Source of the DNA: Dehalococcoidia bacterium
Lineage (GTDB): Bacteria; Chloroflexota; Dehalococcoidia; Lucifugimonadales; Lucifugimonadaceae
Direction: 5' to 3'
Assembly (NCBI GenBank): GCA_028278465.1
Contig: JANQEF010000145.1
Span: 1-35,636 of the forward strand
Length of the DNA: 35,636 nt
The notes below the pieces were generated by a model, which had not been told where the DNA came from, did no database searches, and saw nothing but the letters and a program-made list of their open reading frames with translations. Positions 35,529 to 35,636 of the stretch are shown in pieces. Position 1 is the first letter of the stretch, and every line of letters starts with the position of its first letter. The position numbers were made by a program, and so were the translations under genes.

Positions 35529-35636
35529 CTACAGCTTTATCGCGATGTCAACGCCCGCGGGCACGTTGAGCCGGGTCAGCGAGTCGATCGTCTTCGAGCT
35601 TGGCTCCAGGATGTCGATCAGGCGCTTGTGCACGCG
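35529..35636 (-). CDS. rpsJ: 30S ribosomal protein S10, C-terminal fragment (continues beyond window end)
   Basis: The reverse complement reads [35 protein letters not shown] followed by a stop. This matches the conserved S10 C-terminus (HKRLIDI..P....V..L..L.LP.GVD..I). Confidence 0.9.
   Translation of the reverse strand, partial: RVHKRLIDILEPSSKTIDSLTRLNVPAGVDIAIKL

Noticed and set aside
35529-35636. Suspected 1-nt frameshift near the 3' end of rpsJ
   Set aside because: The suspicion arose from my own mis-transcription. On re-reading, the frame is continuous (..[21 protein letters not shown] stop) and the coordinates agree with the rplC ORF in the track.
1-35636. Scan for tRNA, rRNA, IS elements, integrases, toxin-antitoxin or defence genes
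   Set aside because: No T-arm-like GGTTCGAATCC-type motif or cloverleaf was noticed in any intergenic gap. No ORF shows transposase, recombinase or nuclease-type motifs. This was an eye scan only, so small ncRNAs cannot be excluded.

Overview
High-GC bacterial chromosomal segment. All product calls come from reading the supplied translations against remembered family motifs, with no database search. Roughly 17.7-35.6 kb, all on the minus strand, is the conserved S10-spc-alpha ribosomal protein superoperon. Its order is rpsJ(partial)-rplC-rplD-rplW-rplB-rpsS-rplV-rpsC-rplP-rpmC-rpsQ-rplN-rplX-rplE-rpsN-rpsH-rplF-rplR-rpsE-rpmD-rplO-secY-adk-infA-rpmJ-rpsM-rpsK-rpsD-rpoA-rplQ-truA-rplM-rpsI. 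There is no map gene, and the operon ends at a clear intrinsic terminator. The left half carries a polA 5' fragment, a translationally coupled PadR-ArsM pair and several small-molecule enzymes (SAM methyltransferase, SDR, family III CoA-transferase, Gfo/Idh/MocA). It also carries a cluster of exported His-rich proteins plus a DUF6159-like membrane protein, an orphan P-II gene, a dmpA-like/DUF2520/panB/panC operon, guaB3-like, hisS, prfA and prmC. I found no rRNA, tRNA, CRISPR array, transposase or integrase. The most unusual signal is in the ribosomal operon. uL3 carries a ~208-aa almost purely acidic N-terminal extension. uL13 carries a ~187-aa Ala/Lys/Glu/Thr-rich C-terminal extension. uL5 carries a ~115-135-aa extension that shares KKPA-x-RR-(S/T) modules with the uL13 tail. 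Smaller charged tails occur on uS3, uS17 and RpoA. Secondary leads are a Cys-pair-bearing PadR regulator coupled to ArsM in the position ArsR usually holds, a pantothenate operon led by an S58 (DmpA/BapA-type) aminopeptidase homolog with no panD, and an exported protein cluster sharing HSH motifs with a predicted N-terminal His. Many long ORFs in the track are antisense artefacts of GC-rich coding DNA and were discarded.
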